Part shown: positions 21,726 to 33,000 of the stretch, piece by piece | Layout: each line of letters starts with the position of its first letter | Position numbering within the stretch: position 1 is the first letter of the stretch | Program-made: the position numbers and the translations under genes | Assembly: GCA_964187785.1 (NCBI GenBank) | Contig: OZ076409.1 | Location: forward strand, 7,318,001 to 7,382,000 | Length of the DNA: 64,000 nucleotides | Direction of reading: 5' to 3' | Origin: Amphiscolops sp. MND2022 | Taxonomy: Eukaryota | Notes under the pieces: model-generated | What the model was told of the DNA's origin: nothing | Databases searched by the model: none | What the model saw: the letters and a program-made list of their open reading frames with translations, nothing else

Positions 21726-23180
21726 GGAAAATAACGAAGAAGTTTGAAACTTAGTGTAAAACTAACCATTTTGCAAAACTATTTTCCATGTATTAATGCC
21801 CTTAAAATACGATGTTACTTTTATTCAGTTACTGTATTATTGATTTAATACATTGCATTATGTAAAGTTGATTAACAGCATTAATAATTGGACACCAAGG
21901 CGTACAGGAGGAGGAAACGAGTTCAAGTGTTTTCTCTCCTGTCGCCGAGGACGGCCAGTCCAATTATTAAACTGACCAATCAGAGTGCAGTGTTCATTAA
22001 ATTAATCCATTCTAGTACGGCGCGGCTTTGTACAAGCGCCGTACTCGGCTTTTGTTCGTATATTCGCTTAGTGCTTAGCTGTGATTAAAAGGACTGCTGG
22101 TCCAACTAGCCATGCGTTGCTTCAAATAAGCCATTATTTCAGGCCGTCCACGTCTATTTGGACGCCAAGGACGTATTTTCTCTGTGCCTTAGAAATGATG
22201 AAATATACCATGAAATGTTGCTATTTAGTATGTATTTAGCCTGCTTGGCTAAAACACCACTCTATTTATTAAAAAACATGAAATTTGTTGTACATGTAAA
22301 TGTATGAAGTGTTGAATTGATGATGCTATGTTAAGGACTCAGTGTCCTCTTAAACAAATCAAGCCGACAGGCTTTGAAGTCTAATTTTAGACCACTATGT
22401 GATGTCATGTTGCTATATATAGCAGTTACTGTATTTAGATGGCAGTGAAGGCTATTTTTAGAATGTGACCCCCATAATATTGCGTGTCATGTAAACTTGA
22501 ACTATATATACTGCGGACCCTAGGTCCCAAAGACAATGTTACCTGTTATTGTTACAATCAGTTTGTTGGAATACTCAAACTCTGTTTGCAAGCCTAAGGA
22601 ACTAATTCAAATTCTTACCTCTTGCAATAAACTCTTATGCCTTCTACAAGGAGACAGAAAGCAAAAGCTAGAAAATCCAGAGAAATGGACATATTGTCCG
22701 ATATGGATAATTTAGACGTGATGATTGGGAATGAAAACCCTTTAGAAAGAGAGTTAGCAGGTGTAATAGACCAATCTTCCGTCCACGGCGACATGGAAAT
22801 TGGTAGCCATTCAAGAAATGACTTTAGAGATTTCATACATGAAAATGAGCCTCATGGTCAAAATGACATAAGACAGTCCTTTGAAACTTTCTCAAACGAA
22901 TTTAATCTTAGGTTGTCCCAGGAAATGGATTCTATGATGGCTATGGTTCACGGTCAAATAAACAGAGCAATTAGCACTGCTATAGCGGAGAAGGTGATTC
23001 CAGAAATACAAAACATTGTGAGTTCTATGTCGTCTTCAGGGAACAGGGACACTGAGGCCAGTACGTCCCCTAGTAGTCAGGAGAATAGGAATGATTTATC
23101 CGGCTTAAGAACTAAGATATTGAAAAAGGACTCACGGTCCATGGGCGACTTAAGAAACGCCGCGGAACGTGGCTCTTACA
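21637..23180 (+). repeat. 3' LTR (1544 bp)
   Basis: Direct repeat of 9544-11087, followed by TSD GGACC. Confidence 0.96.
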
Positions 23181-23402
23181 GGACCCTTTCTTGGAAAAAA
23201 AATTAAACAAAAATCGCACAGTTCCCGATATTGTATGTTACGCGGGAAACCTTTTTGGTTCAGTTCCTTGGGCCAACAGGTACATTTTGTAGAACTTTTG
23301 GTAGAACAATTTGGTTACTTCAGGTGTATCGAAAAAAACACTGACCAAACAAAAGCCATGACTATAGTCGACTCTTTTCTCTAAAAAAGCGCCGACTAAA
23401 AA
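23181..23402 (-). mobile_element. 5' part of the HINE copy interrupted by the LTR element
   Basis: Ends gactatagtcgactcttttctctaaaaaagcgccgactaaaaa, the reverse complement of the family 5' end (compare 52131-52170). Confidence 0.78.
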
Positions 23403-24409
23403 GAGAGTAAAGTAATTATATTATTGAAAGCAACATATGGATACAACAGCACGTGGATACATATCAAGGCTTCAGTAAAATCAGGGCAGGGAGTTCAACA
23501 AAAATTTTTTACCAAATTCTAGCAAAACTAGACCAAAAATGAGAACTAGGCCTCAATTTACGTTGGCTGACAGCAACATTTACAATTTTCATCGCATAAT
23601 TTTTGAACAAACCTATTAGATAAAAATCTAAGAAACTTTTACTTTTACCATATTTCAAAAATCATTGCCGTTTTTGAAATATTCGATTTTGAGATGTGCC
23701 TTCTGTTGCTTCTCAAAATATCACTACTATATAGCACTGGTCTTGCTGATTAGAAAACTTTTTTAAAAAAACATATTAGAAACGTTGAAAACATTTGCTT
23801 GTTGTATCTGTCAACTACGTGCAACTTTAATTGTTCTGAACTGAGCAATAATCTTGAGAATCCAAAAAATGTAAACAATTGAAAAACGATCGTTATCGCT
23901 CACAACAGAAAACTCCAAAAACAAAAAATAAACCCAATAATTGAAAAGCTCAACCATTTCGCAAGACAAACCCATTTTTCTCAGCGTTGGAGAAAACATC
24001 ACTTTTGCTGATACTTGTGCCGTTTGGACCAAACACGGTACCAATAAATTGTTGAATAAAATTGTGCTGAAGAACACATGGGCTTCGCGTAAAACGAATC
24101 AGATGTTGAAAAATGTAGGCTCATTTTAAGTACCGCTATGTACTTTTAAAGTTAAACAAAAATAGAGATAGATGTAGACAGAATCAAACTGCAGAATTCT
24201 TACTGTGAGTCTGAAAACAATTTTTTGAGTACATTAATTTTCAGGAGTAGTCAATTCAGAGTCAGTTTTCAACAACATTAAGCTGCGAAACTGTGAACAG
24301 GTTAAACTTTGATTTGCGACGATGAAATTCTGACACATCTACTGATCGAACAAACTTTTTCTCGAAGATTGTTTGTTGACACTTGATATTATAATTGTAG
24401 TTTACGTAC

Positions 24410-24505
24410 TTTCTCTGTAAAAGACTATCTCCCACAGATGGATGTCTCCCAAACTTGCTTCTTCTACTTCTTAATCTCCTGTCGCGAATATCTGAACTGG
24501 AGCTG
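24410..24505 (-). CDS. Candidate internal exon (96 nt, phase 2-2) of a host gene
   Basis: Acceptor gtttatag, open frame SSSSDIRDRRLRSRRSKFGRHPSVGDSLLQR, donor gtacgt; phase-compatible with exon 41873-42056. Confidence 0.38.
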
Positions 24506-27500
24506 CTATAAACGAATACACGGGTTTCAAAACGGGCAAAATTTTATTTATTCCAATTTTAACTCTTCATTGAGGCACATTTCAGACCAAAAAATAGCAT
24601 TGAATAAAAAAAAAAACATTTTAAAAAATCGGGACAACAACCCAGGGTAACCAATCCGTGGCCATACTGTTTTATTTAACCCCGCTGTTATTCTTCTGAT
24701 TCTCGATAGTCCGGTATTTTACACCTCGACTACGTGAATTTTAAATTAGTATCTTTTGATTGAGTTATGTTCCCTCGGCAACACAGCTTACAAAGCCGCT
24801 CCAGGACACAGAGTGCTGAGAGAAGTAATCAGTGCAGCCCTGAGCAATTAGGGTACCTCAAAATGATGTCAAGTGAATCTAGAAATTAGAACTCAGAGTG
24901 TATTTCTGCCGCAATTCATAGCTTCGGAATCCGAAAAATTACGGGTTCAAAATGTTTCCATCGATGGCTACACGTGGACCAAACAATTTAGCTTAAAATG
25001 TGACTGACTTTGTCTTACAGAATTTTTCAGAAGTATTTAAAAAATATCGCAGTGTTACTTTACACCATCTTTTCTCTTTTTTTTTTCGTTTGCCGAAGAG
25101 AATGAAAATATCCTCATTTGGTCTCTCAAAAGGAGTGTTTTCAACACTGTGCGACTGTTCTCGAAATTTTTGTTTCAGTCAGAAACAATTTTCAGTCAGT
25201 TTTTGCGTTAGCTCAAGATTTAAAGTTTTCACGTCAGATGAAGTGGTGCAAAGTGTCCCTGCTCGTTTCTTTACGATTTCGCCCCATCCGGTTTTTTTTT
25301 CAGCAAAAAAAACACCCAAGACGAACGTTCGCATCTAACGAGTCAAATTTCAAATGTTTGAATTGGAACGTCATTGTACCAGTTTTCTGATAAAACGTCT
25401 ATTTCGAAAAAAGGTGCGCTATTCCTGGCATGTAGACGTTGAAGCTGGAATTAATATCTTGCCCGTAAGTTAGCCGTAGTGTGCATTCGATCAGTGTAGG
25501 TTTTTGTGTCTTTCCAAAAAGAAGTACAAAAATACCTTTTTTTGATCCAGTGTTTGATATCATTTCTATTGCACACCCTAGTTGAGATTGCAGGAACTTT
25601 CTACATGCTGCAGGCCTGCGTGCATGGTAATTGTTTATAAAACCTAGAAAATTCAGGGTAATTCAGGTGGTAAATCTTGTAGAATTACACTGCATTTTCC
25701 ACTACTGCAATTAAATTTGAAAATAGATACAACATCATCACCGACACGACCTTATTGTATTTACAATTTGCTTTCTCAACTACTCATCTGATGTGATCAC
25801 CGCGTCTCAAATAGGACGCTAAACATGACGGTATATTGCAGTTTATTAGGTGACTGAAGTAATTTTGCATTAAAATGGCTGTTAAACTGAGAGCAATTTA
25901 TTTGCTTTTAAAATTAGAACTGCTTCTTAATGAAACCTGCAAAACTTCAAGGCGTAAAATTGCCGCCAAAACTTTGATGAATCTTTCAAGCAGCTTGATA
26001 AAAGTCGAATACAACAGGTAAATATTTTCTCATTAAAGTTTCCGTAAGAGTTTTAGAAAATCATAATAAAAGTTGCTGGCAACATTAAAGTACATGCAAA
26101 AAGTTCAAGAAGTTTCAACAACGGCATCGGGTCTTGTCAGAAACAGATGTGGGCTTCGAATTTGATTGTTTTCAAACCGTTGTATTTTCACACTGTAATA
26201 AAACTGTCCAATCTAGCGTAAATTAAAATAAAAGTTGAATTTATCTGATTTATCCACGTTTTTCCCGAATTAAGTCTTGCCAAAAATAAGGCATTGGAAT
26301 TACTCATTTTAAACTGTCATTATGGAACCCTGTATTTATACATACAAGAACCCGTTTTTTATCTATTTCATTTTCAGTTCAGATTGTTCGCTCTGATTTC
26401 TTCATGAGACAATTGATATTTGAAAGTGTCCATTTTTAGTCGGCGCCTTTTCCCTTAAGGAAAAAAGCCCGACTCTTACAGTGAGTAGTTTTTTTTTGTT
26501 TTTTTCAGTTGACAATCTCACTCTGAGTGGTCCACTTTTCTTACAATTTTCATATATTTTTGAAAATCTCTTCATAATGGCGCAAACGTTTGCAACGTCT
26601 TTTTACATCATCTAAAAAGCTCCACGGTACCTAAGGGTACTCCCTTTGAGTACTTTTCGGCACTGTGAGACTTTTTTTCGAAAATTTTCAAATGTTACCA
26701 AAGTGTCCTTTTTTTTGATTTTTAAATATTTTCAGTAACCGTAAGCCGGTTTTCGTGTCCAAAGAGTCCCCCCTTTGAGTTTTTCGGCACTGTGCGACTT
26801 TTCACAATGTTATGAAAAACACTTCGAATTGTATCAACTGTAAAAAATATTGACTGTTACTGATTGTTTACTTAATATTGTTATTGACTGTTAGCTGTTG
26901 TAGTTCGTTCAGGGGGCATTGGTCCCAAGCACGCCAGAACGAACGAATCCGGGTGTGGCAGACCCAACTGACCAACTGGTGGTTGCTCTATAAATTTTTG
27001 GAGGTGTAGCAGTCGTCACCCTAGGAAGCAACGTCCTTCCTAGACCAAGCACGGCTGGTCCCTTTGAGGATTTTTAGAGCTCGGGTGGCACCGTTTTGCG
27101 TCCCAACTTTATGCGCAGGGGGTCCGCATACTGTTTGGACGCAAAATGCTGTCACCTTATATGCCCGGCTTTTGTTCTTAAGCTTAGATACCATCCGTGA
27201 CTACTGATCTCCAAAGAGATGTTGTCGGGAGCTCGGGTGACCCCTCTTCGAAGCTTTCTGCTTGGACGTTAGGATCTCGAAAAATTTCTTTGAAAGGTAA
27301 TTGAGATCAATGATTTTGAGCTTTTTTGGGAAGTGTATAGAAAACCTGAAGCACCGGGAATTGATTCTAGCATCGAATATACTGTCCATTAGCAGATAGA
27401 TTCGAAGGCCCAACTCAGTATGCTGTCGTCTGGGCCCTCTTCCCAGAACGGCATCGCTGCTGAAGGGCTCCAAGGATGGTCTCTCCGCACTCATTTGGTG

Positions 27501-28329
27501 CGGAGTAGGCGTTTCCGTGGTTCAAAAATGTAAAAAAAGGCCACCTCCCCTTGAAGTTTTTTGCCAGAATCCAAAAATCTTAGCCACAGGAAGCCCCATA
27601 TTGGAACCCTGATGATCGGCCTAAACATTTTACAGCTGAAATGATCCAAAGGAATAGCATTCGATCCTAAATTCCAATCTGCAATAATTCATTTAAAACA
27701 AATATATCCTCAATATTTGGAGCTTAAACATTTCAAATAATTTTCTATAGAGTTTCATCAACTTTCGATTTCACTCGCTTGTGTGTCTTTGTCAGCTTTA
27801 CTTAGCACTCACTGTGCCCTAACCTGGGGTTTTTAAAATGGTTTATGGTTTTCCTTTGTATTCATGGTTTGATGAATTTGTAATTTTACTGCTCAGTGAG
27901 TTACTAATTATGGATCAATTGAATATTTTGTCTCAGTGTTTTCAAAGACGATGTTTTAAATAAATGGAGCCATTGACGTTTTTTTACCTCGCGATGTTTT
28001 TCGAATAATTATTCGTATTTTCCAAGGTTTCTGTACTGCGAAAATTCGTTGATCGCTTGTCGAAGTTTTTTGACTATCAAACCAGCAGTTCACAAATGTA
28101 TACTTTAACAATATACTTTCGTCAATTCTCTAAAACGTTGTTCGGATGGCTTCCTGCTGTTTTTTTGCGGTGCGCTCTTTTGACAATCTATTAATCCAAG
28201 AACGATATGGATTTTTACTTGAAGCATTTATGTCATTTAATATGCTTTTGTGCTCGCTTGTCTTCTTGGTTTTTAACTGTTCGTTTCAAACAACAAGTTG
28301 TTGTATGTTGACTTTTTTCAGTGTCTGGA

Positions 28330-29442
28330 ATGTCAATCGATTCTAAACTACTGCCTCTGCTCGATAATTCTCTTGAAGAAATTCAAACAATTCATGATAT
28401 TCTTTTCTCCGTCAAATCTTCCTTTTCCAGTGCTATCATGGAAAGACCGTCATGCTCCAACACGAAGGATGTCCCTCGGCTGTTTGATGGAGAGAAAGTC
28501 CTTCTGACAGGTATAGATCGAGCCCTTCTCCATGCCAAAAATACAGCTGCAATCATAAATGCGCAACGCAAGGATGTGCTCGCTACAGTCAAATCAGCTG
28601 AGCGGTCCCATGCTAATTATGTCACTGCATTGCAGAGATTAGCGAAGGCGAGAAACTGCAATCGCCTCTCTGCGACACCCAAGTTTTCCGGATCTTCTAA
28701 ACGCCTTCAGAAATATACCAACATAGTCGGTTCCTGTTACAGAGACCTACTTCCTCGTAAACTCAGCTCAATGAAAACTCGAACCTCATCAATACAAGTC
28801 TACCCCCCTGCAACCAAAACCTTTGCAGCGTCACCAAGTAGTGCTCCGAGATTTCCAATCACTTCGAGCAACCTTTCATCAGTGTTGCCTACTTCGAGTT
28901 TCCAGTGTACATCTGCACAACCCACTAGAGCCATTCGGCACGGTATCAATGCAAATCCGAAGACCACTGCAAACCCTGAAAACTGTCAAAAGTCGGGAAA
29001 GAAATCGAAGAAAGAAAAACAGCGTGCAGCTCCGCGCGTTTCATCTTCCAAAACTGTTGATTTGAGCTCCATACCCTCTATGACTGGAAGTTCTCTAGAC
29101 GAAATAATCGCAAACATTCCTATTGAAGGCGATCAAACTGAGCAATTTATGATTGACTCAGACAAGTTTCCTCTTCCTTCCGCGAACATGAAGTCACCCA
29201 ACGCAAAGATCTCGCTGAAGGAAGAAACAGTGGATAGTATCTTTGGAGATTCCCTTCCTGAAGTTGACATCGACTCCGTGGCTCCTGGTAAGCAGCGCTC
29301 TGAATCTGGCTCTCAGAAGATGACAATGAACCGGGAAAACAAGCAAACGATGGCTATAGCCTCAACGAGGAAGTCAAAAAGAGCTGTCGCACTTGCTGGT
29401 GCTGTATATAACGAGGAGTTTCCGAGTGATAATGAATTGTGA
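28330..29442 (+). CDS. Helentron accessory ORF of unknown function (helical N-terminus, Ser/Lys-rich disordered C-terminus)
   Basis: Stop-free frame of about 370 aa inside the element termini, ATG at 28330 after a possible acceptor ttttttcag; no domain recognised. Confidence 0.6.
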   Translation: MSIDSKLLPLLDNSLEEIQTIHDILFSVKSSFSSAIMERPSCSNTKDVPRLFDGEKVLLTGIDRALLHAKNTAAIINAQRKDVLATVKSAERSHANYVTALQRLAKARNCNRLSATPKFSGSSKRLQKYTNIVGSCYRDLLPRKLSSMKTRTSSIQVYPPATKTFAASPSSAPRFPITSSNLSSVLPTSSFQCTSAQPTRAIRHGINANPKTTANPENCQKSGKKSKKEKQRAAPRVSSSKTVDLSSIPSMTGSSLDEIIANIPIEGDQTEQFMIDSDKFPLPSANMKSPNAKISLKEETVDSIFGDSLPEVDIDSVAPGKQRSESGSQKMTMNRENKQTMAIASTRKSKRAVALAGAVYNEEFPSDNEL

Positions 29443-30004
29443 TTGCACAGCTGCAACATGTTCAAACTCAGACCATACTTCCAGCATGTTTTTCGAGCAT
29501 GTTTGATTCCTTTTCAGCAATACTCCTTTGTCTTAACTGCGTTCGTTATGCAGAGATTTTTAGCATCGTTTTCTCGAAATGTTACTCGTGAATTCAGTAT
29601 GGCTATGAGCTTATAGTGTCAAAACGTTCTCATTTAATCATAGTTTTGTTTGTTTGTGCCTATACTATTGATTTGATTGCCCTAGTTTTCGTTCAGCTTA
29701 TTTTTTGTTCTTATACCAATAATTCGTTCCTGAAGTTATCCCGACTTGAAGAACATCGAACGATTTGCGTCATCAGTATCTATTGAATTAGCTTCCCCGT
29801 AATGTCATTTAGTTATCAAGGTTTATTTGATCAGTTGTGTGTTTATTCAATTTGATACGTCTCTTTGATAATTTTGTTCATTGAATACCTTTATATCGGC
29901 TTACGTTTTTTATAGACTCTTGGAGCGTTGAAGTCGAATGAAGTTTGAATACGAAGATACTCGTGAAGCTTTTATTTTGCAACCTTTTCACTTTTTTCAG
30001 GTCG

Positions 30005-33000
30005 ATGATTAATTTACCCCAAGAAGCTCTCCGAATACTTATCGATATTGCCAGTTCAAATCTTAACGACCAAGGTAATCATGTGGAAACACTTGTTTTT
30101 TTACTTGCCATCAAAGAGGATGTGGATATTTACACAATCACAGATGTCATCCTTCCTACTCAAACAAGTAGTGGAGTGTTTGTTGAAGATCATGGCGTCA
30201 ATAATCAGGATTCTGCTGCTTTTTTGCACAATCTATGTAATCAAGTTCCAACTAAATTTGTAATCGGCTGGTTCCATACACATGTCCGTGGTACACCATT
30301 GATGCTGAGTGCTGTTGATTGTCATACTCAGTTCTTGTACGAAACAGCAGTGTTCAATGGAATCAAAGCTTTTGTGTTGCATCTGCCATCCCGGTCCCTT
30401 GAATGCTATCAATTGACTGAAACCGGTTTGAATGCTTTACGTTTGTGTACGCTTCAGTACCCCTGGAAGGCAACCATCCAGCACCCCGAATGCTTTCAGT
30501 CTTCATTTTATTTCTCCTTGAAACATCTTCTGAAAATTGGAGACACTTCTGTTACATTTATTGATGCCACAGAAAGCAAGCCTTTTTCTCAACCACTTGG
30601 CACTTACGAAAAGTTTCTATGTGGCAGTAAACTTCCGACAACCAAAGTCTTGAAAAGCTGTCAACCTTCCTCCATTAATCAGACACCTGATTGCGCCTTA
30701 AAATGCACTTCTTGCGGAAAATCATTCCGAGATCTTCGAAAAAAGCGCAAGCATCTCAGCAGAACCAAATGTATTGAATCCGTCGCATCTAACAATGCAC
30801 TTTCCCAGCCTGTTCCACCGGTCGACCCCGTGAAATATCTCGAACAGCCTTGTGTGGGTTGTTCAACAATTTTCCAGAATCAAAAAGAAGCTTTTCAGCA
30901 TTTCTCTCGAAGCGCTTGTAGGACTTTGTACAAGACAGTTCTAGCACAGAGAAAGCGCTTGAAAAAGCAAATTTATGACAGAGCTAGAACTGAAAAAGAC
31001 ATTCGACAACCACGATCTGTCAAAATGATGACCAGTATTAGAAATAAAACTCAGTATGAAAAAAATCGGATGAAGTTGAAGAGAAAGTATGTTGTTTCGT
31101 TGAAAGATAAGTTGAAGAAGAAGTACCAAGATAAATTCAAGGAACAATTGAGATTGAAATACCTAATCCATTGCAAGGAAATTCGGAGGATGAAATATCA
31201 AGAAACCTTGCAGAGCAAATTGAAAAAAAAGTATCAAATGGATCTGAAGGAAGCACTCAGCCATAAGTACCGCCACGGATTGAAGGAGAAACTTCGTGTC
31301 AAATACCAGACGAAGTTGGAGGAATCTCTAAAAGTGAAATATCATGCTCTATTGAAGGAACCTTTGAGAAGGAAATACCAGACTTCTTTGAAGGAACCTC
31401 TGAAACTGAAATACCAGACTTCGTTGAAGGAACCTCTGAAACTGAAATACCAGACTTCGTTGAAGGAACCTCTGAAAATGAAATACCAGACTTCTTTGAA
31501 GGAACCTCTGAAATTGAAATACCGCGCTTCATTGGAGGAGCCTTTGAAAATAAAATACCAGGCTTCATTGAAGGAGCCTCTCCGGATCAAGTATCAGGAA
31601 TGTCTGAGAGAGCCCCTTCGCATTAAGTACCAGGAGTCAATCAAAGAACTTTCCCAACTGAAATATCGAGTCAAAAAGTCCACGAAGACGTTTGGTGAAC
31701 TTTTGAATGAATTCCGTCGAGGTATGTGTTTGGGCCTAACTTTTGAATGTATCTGCTGCGAACGAGTACTCTTCGAAAATGGTGTTGTTAAATTGTCCGA
31801 AAGCGCCTTTTCCCGACTTGACAAGCAATTAATTGCAAGAAGCATCAATTCTGAACTTCTTTCCGGTCCAAAGTTTTTGAGTCACTGCTGCCATCGAAAT
31901 TTACAAAAGGGTGAATTACCGAGCATGTCTGCTCAAAATAGTCTTACAATCGAGTCAATTCCTGAAGAACTTAAACTATCAGATTTTGAAATGCAACTGA
32001 TTGCTAAAGACCTTTTGTTCATGAAAATTTTCAATTTGCCGAAGTCACGCATGCCAGCGGTTAAGGACAAAGTTATAAATGTGCCTTTACCGCATACTGA
32101 TCTTGAAAATACAACAAAAATTCTTCCACGTAACTTAGACGATTCGCTGCTAGTCAACGTGCAATTCAAGCGATGCAAAGATTTCAAAAATGTTCATTCA
32201 GAAGCGCTTGTGCGTCCGCACATGTTGCTCAAGGCACTAGCGTGGCTGCAATCCAGCGGAAATCTTTTCTACAATGATGTTGTCCTGAATGAAAAGTTTT
32301 GTCTGGACGAAACTGCCCTTTTTGCAACCGATGAGCAGCCGGAAGACGACCAGGAAGCAGCTCAAACGAAAAACGAAGATAACTTGGACACATGTCTCAT
32401 TCCTCAGAACTCGGCTGCTCACGTGATTTCGAATTATGGTGTTGTCCGCAGAGTTGTCTCGGAAACTATTGTTGTCGCTCCAGGAGAGAACAAACTTCCG
32501 ACGAACTGGTTGGCTAATGTGGACTTCGAAGCCAAGTCCTTTCCTTGCTTTTTCCCGTCCGGAAAATTTACATTGAGTGATACCCGGGAGGTGAGAATTA
32601 GTTCGCAGCAATATTTCAGTCAGAGAATTATGAACAAAAACCCTCGTTTCGCTGAAGACAGTAGCTATTTGTTTGCTGCTCAGCAGCGAGTAGAAAGAGA
32701 ACAACTGGAACGACAATGCGATATTTTTTTTCGCAAAGGGAAAACAGAACGTTTGGATAATGACACCGTCAAAGTAAGCCAAGATGACATACAAACAGTC
32801 TTTCAGCGAATTCGTGGAACTAGTCAATACTGGAGGGTCGCTCGTAATGAATTAATTGCAAAAGTTAAGCAGCTCGGTCCTTTCCAGTACTTTTTCACGC
32901 TCTCATGTGCTGAAATGAGGTGGTCCGAGGTTTTCGCGACGATTCTGAAATCACAAGGACATACAATCAGCATTGAAACCAAGTTTGACCCAAATGGTAA

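Larger units (their letters stand above)
9544..23180 (+). mobile_element. Full-length (13,637 bp) Ty3/Gypsy LTR retrotransposon with accessory genes and an internal gag-pro deletion
   Basis: Two 1544-bp direct repeats with TG..CA ends; 5-bp TSD GGACC at 9539-9543 and 23181-23185; tRNA-complementary PBS after the 5' LTR; PPT before the 3' LTR; RT-RH-IN order. Confidence 0.97.

Noticed and set aside
31372..31640. 36-bp repeats as a CRISPR array
   Set aside because: No spacers; the units are in-frame coding repeats in a eukaryotic transposon.
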